Shown piece by piece: positions 61,025 to 64,000 of a stretch of 64,000 bases of DNA. A program made the position numbers and the translations under genes. Numbering within the stretch: position 1 is the first letter of the stretch; each line of letters opens with the position of its first letter. The DNA lies in NCBI GenBank assembly GCA_965224085.1, contig CBDCYI010000005.1, positions 192,001-256,000 on the forward strand, in the 5' to 3' direction. The notes beneath the pieces were generated by a model. It was given only the letters and a program-made list of their open reading frames with translations, was not told the DNA's origin and searched no databases. The DNA comes from Candidatus Marinacidobacterales bacterium (GTDB taxonomy: Bacteria > Acidobacteriota > Vicinamibacteria > Marinacidobacterales > SMYC01).

Positions 61025-62272
61025 ATGCAGCCCCATGGGCTGTGTCCTTCCCGCGTCGAGTCACCACCACGGCCACTGCTCGAGATCGCGGAAATCTTCC
61101 GCGAACATGGTCCACGCTTTCGCCAAACCCATGCGCTGACAGCCGAGCAGCGCAAGGTGATGTGGGCTATAGAGAACTGTCGCACGGCGGTGCTAGGTGG
61201 CCATCTCGACGTGTGTAACGCTTGCGGATACGCGGCGCCTTCGTTTAACTCGTGCCGCAATCGGCACTGTCCCAAGTGTCAGAGCCTAGCCCAGGCGAAG
61301 TGGATGGAGCAGCGAGCTCAGAGGATTCTTCCGACTCACTATTTCCACGTCGTTTTCACCCTCCCGCAGCAACTCAAGCCTCTCGCCCGAGACAATCCCA
61401 AGTTCATGTTCAACCTCCTGTTTCGCGCCGCCTCGCGAACTCTATTGGAGTTCGGCCAAAGCCGGCTCGAAGCTCAACTTGCCTTCACCGCCGTACTGCA
61501 CACCTGGACCCGGAAGCTCCTGTTCCATCCACACCTGCATTGCATCGTCTCCGGGGGCGGGCTCAACCACCCTCAGCAGCTGTGGAACGCCGCAAACCCT
61601 CGCTTTCTGTTTCCCGTCAAGGCCATGTCGCGGCTTTTTCGCAGCAAGTTTCTCGATGCCCTTAGGCTCGCTTACGACCAAGATGAGCTTGAGTTGAGCG
61701 CAAACGCTTCCCACCTCAGAAACCCACCTCGCTTCCGGGAGCTGAAAGACAAGCTCTACCGCATCGATTGGGTCGTTTACAGCAAACGACCCTTCGGTGG
61801 CCCAGAGCAGGTTTTCAACTACCTCGGCCGATATACCCACCGGGTCGGCATCTCCAACCGCCGACTCATTCGCATCGACCACTACGGCGTCTGCTTCGCC
61901 ACCAAGAATGGTAATACCGTTACCGTCCCCCCAGAGGAATTTATCCGCCGTTTCCTCCTGCACGTACTGCCGAAAGGTTTCGTCAAGATTCGCCATTTCG
62001 GCTTAATGGCCTCCTCCAATGCGACCACCAAGCTCGTAGTCGCGCGCCAGTTGCTCGATGAGAAAACAAAACCCACGACCGACGCCGACGACGTGCAAGT
62101 CAGCTCGCGTGCCACCGAGGACAAGGACTGGCGCGAGCGGCTCAAGGAGCTCACCGGCATCGACCTCACCATCTGTCCCCGCTGCAAGAAAGGTCGCATG
62201 CTCCGATGCCCTCTCTCCACGAAGCTTCGACGGATCAACCTCCAGATCCGCTCCCCTCCAGATGAGTCATGA
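61025..62272 (+). CDS. IS91-family rolling-circle transposase
   Basis: Zn-binding CNACG..SCRNRHCPKCQ, HUH HPHLH, Y2 motif YLGRY, HVLPKGF..IRHFG. Confidence 0.93.
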   Translation: MQPHGLCPSRVESPPRPLLEIAEIFREHGPRFRQTHALTAEQRKVMWAIENCRTAVLGGHLDVCNACGYAAPSFNSCRNRHCPKCQSLAQAKWMEQRAQRILPTHYFHVVFTLPQQLKPLARDNPKFMFNLLFRAASRTLLEFGQSRLEAQLAFTAVLHTWTRKLLFHPHLHCIVSGGGLNHPQQLWNAANPRFLFPVKAMSRLFRSKFLDALRLAYDQDELELSANASHLRNPPRFRELKDKLYRIDWVVYSKRPFGGPEQVFNYLGRYTHRVGISNRRLIRIDHYGVCFATKNGNTVTVPPEEFIRRFLLHVLPKGFVKIRHFGLMASSNATTKLVVARQLLDEKTKPTTDADDVQVSSRATEDKDWRERLKELTGIDLTICPRCKKGRMLRCPLSTKLRRINLQIRSPPDES

Positions 62273-62507
62273 TCACGATGCTTTCGCTCCGCCTCTCACA
62301 ACGCCGACCGGTCGTTGAAACGGACTCGTGTGTCTCGTCGCGAACTCATAACGCTACCGTGGTGGTTACCGCACCGGGTAGGCCCTTCTTCTATCTTCCC
62401 CGCCATATCTCTGTCGATTCGCAACTCCCTGACGTCCAACTCCGACTTCCTGTCCGACCGTCTTCTCACTCCAATTTATGCATAGTTGCCGCTAGCTGGG
62501 CGGCTTA

Positions 62508-62600
62508 GTTCAATTACGGTTTGCACGAATGCTCGCTCTACAAGCATCGTGCCTCGCGTAACGCCGTGCTTCGCTCGATTCCTGCAAACCGCTATTAATT
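62508..62600. other. attC-like imperfect hairpin
   Basis: GTTCAAT-ta-CGGTTTGCAcGAAT ... ATTCcTGCAAACCG-ct-ATTAATT. Confidence 0.55.
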
Positions 62601-62913
62601 TCTCGGAAAGTGCCAGACCATTCCTTGATTAAATCATGTCTACTCCGTGGAAGTCTACAACGAGAACAAGACCTACAAGGGGAAGCATATATCCGACTGG
62701 GGCGGGGATCTCGAGGTTCCCGTGCTGCTCATGTGGAGCCAGCCTGGCTCGAGGGTGGAGTGGGGCCTGAAACACTTCTTCAAGGCCCCCGGGGCCGAGA
62801 TGCGCATCCTCCCGTGGTCTGGGCACCACCTCTTCACGGATCAGAGCGATAGATGGGTGCAGGTCGTGACCAACTGGCTGCAGAACGACTCCGCCCGTCC
62901 CCCGAACCCGTGA
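62597..62913 (+). pseudogene. C-terminal fragment of an alpha/beta hydrolase
   Basis: LEVPVLLMW...AEMRILPWSGHHLF.DQ.DRW...V.NWL; N-terminus absent. Confidence 0.6.
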
Positions 62914-62933
62914 GTCGTTTCGAAATGGCCGAT

Positions 62934-63880
62934 TTAGAGCTCGTCGACGAGCGGCAGCACTTCCTCTAGTAGCTCGAGCTGTCGCGCCACTTGAGCCGAG
63001 AGCCCCTCGAACACCAGGTAGATCTGCCGCGTCGGTTTCGCGTCCGCCCTCCCAACCACCCCGCTGAGCGACGCCAGCTTGAGCGCCGGTCCCTTCGGCG
63101 GTATGAGATTTGGATAATTCGGGTTGACGAGGCGAACCAGGCCACTCTCGATTGCGAGCAGCTTCCCTCTGGCACTCGCCGCTGCACGCGCCACCGCAGG
63201 GTCGCCGCCGGCGGCCTGCACGCGCTCGTCTATCTGCCGACGCGCGACGCGCAGCCGGTTGACCGCGTCGGTAGCCTCCGACAGCCGATCCCGAATCTGC
63301 ACCATGAGCGCGAACTGCTCCTTTAGATCGACGTCGGTCGCGGTGATCCGCGGAACTTTCCGGATCTCGAACGGCCGCTCGAGCTCCTGCCCGCCTACCG
63401 CCAACCGCGCACGGTAGCGGCCCGGCGGCGCCGAGGCGCGCGCATAGTCTCCCGGTCCCGTCAACAGCGGATCGCGCCGAACTCGTTTTCGGGCCAGACG
63501 CTGATGGTGGGGGCCTGGCCCGTCCGCATGTCGTGGCGCACGATGGCGGTTCGATCGCCAGCGTACACGACGCTGCCGTCGGGCTTGACCGCCGTCTGTC
63601 CGCCCTCGCCACCGCTGATCCGCTCCCAGGTGATGGCGCTGCCGGTGGTCCGGCTCGGCACCGTGAAGTGAGAGTTATCGTTCTGGGTGGCGTAGATCCG
63701 ATAGGGAAACTGATCGTCGATGGCGAGACTGAACAGGCAAGCCGTCGGCTGATTGTATATCGTCGACCACGAGGCGCCTCCGTTCAGCGTCACGGTGGCG
63801 CCGCCGTCGTTGCCTTCGATCATCCGGTCGGAGTTTTTCCGAGAAATCGCTAGCCTCCGACCATGTGTCGCACCAGCGTG
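62934..63880 (-). pseudogene. VPS10/BNR-type glycosyl hydrolase with large internal deletion
   Basis: MIEGNDGG.TVT.NGG.SW..YNQPT...PYRIY..QNDN...GGE.G joined directly to the C-terminal PG.Y.ARL...FEI..PR helical region. Confidence 0.65.
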
Positions 63881-64000
63881 GCCACCGCGAGGCCAATGTA
63901 GTTGCCGGCTGCATATCCGAGCAGCCCCACCGCGATTCCCGGAAGCAGGCTGCTCGGATAGCCGCGCGTGCTGCATAGCGCTATAACCGAAGCCGGACCA

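Larger units (their letters stand above)
59950..62596 (+). mobile_element. Tyrosine recombinase + IS91-family transposase element (left boundary uncertain)
   Basis: Coupled integrase and Y2 transposase genes; GTTC at 62508-62511 followed by a hairpin; downstream gene truncated. Confidence 0.7.

Overview
GC-rich bacterial chromosomal window. The GWxTD-domain gene, CxxxY-type CcmE, DUF4388, DUF5916 and VPS10/BNR families suggest Acidobacteriota (inference only). Intact housekeeping blocks are the cytochrome c maturation operon ccmE-F-H-x-x-A-B, hemE, a sigma54 two-component system beside a GWxTD gene, and eno. They alternate with decaying accessory regions: a surface-glycan tailoring locus and a LysR/aminotransferase/carbamoylase/hydantoinase island. 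Roughly a quarter of the window is mobile DNA: IS200, two IS256, a Mu-like DDE element, four ISNCY copies (three head-to-tail, separated by the same 6-bp target), two IS5, and a tyrosine-recombinase + IS91 element. The most intriguing object is the last. An attC-like hairpin with AAT/ATT cores lies just after a GTTC at its right end, and a loxP-like AT-rich palindrome plus two direct repeats lie to its left. Many frameshifts fall in homopolymers and may be sequencing errors. No tRNA, rRNA or CRISPR array was recognised.
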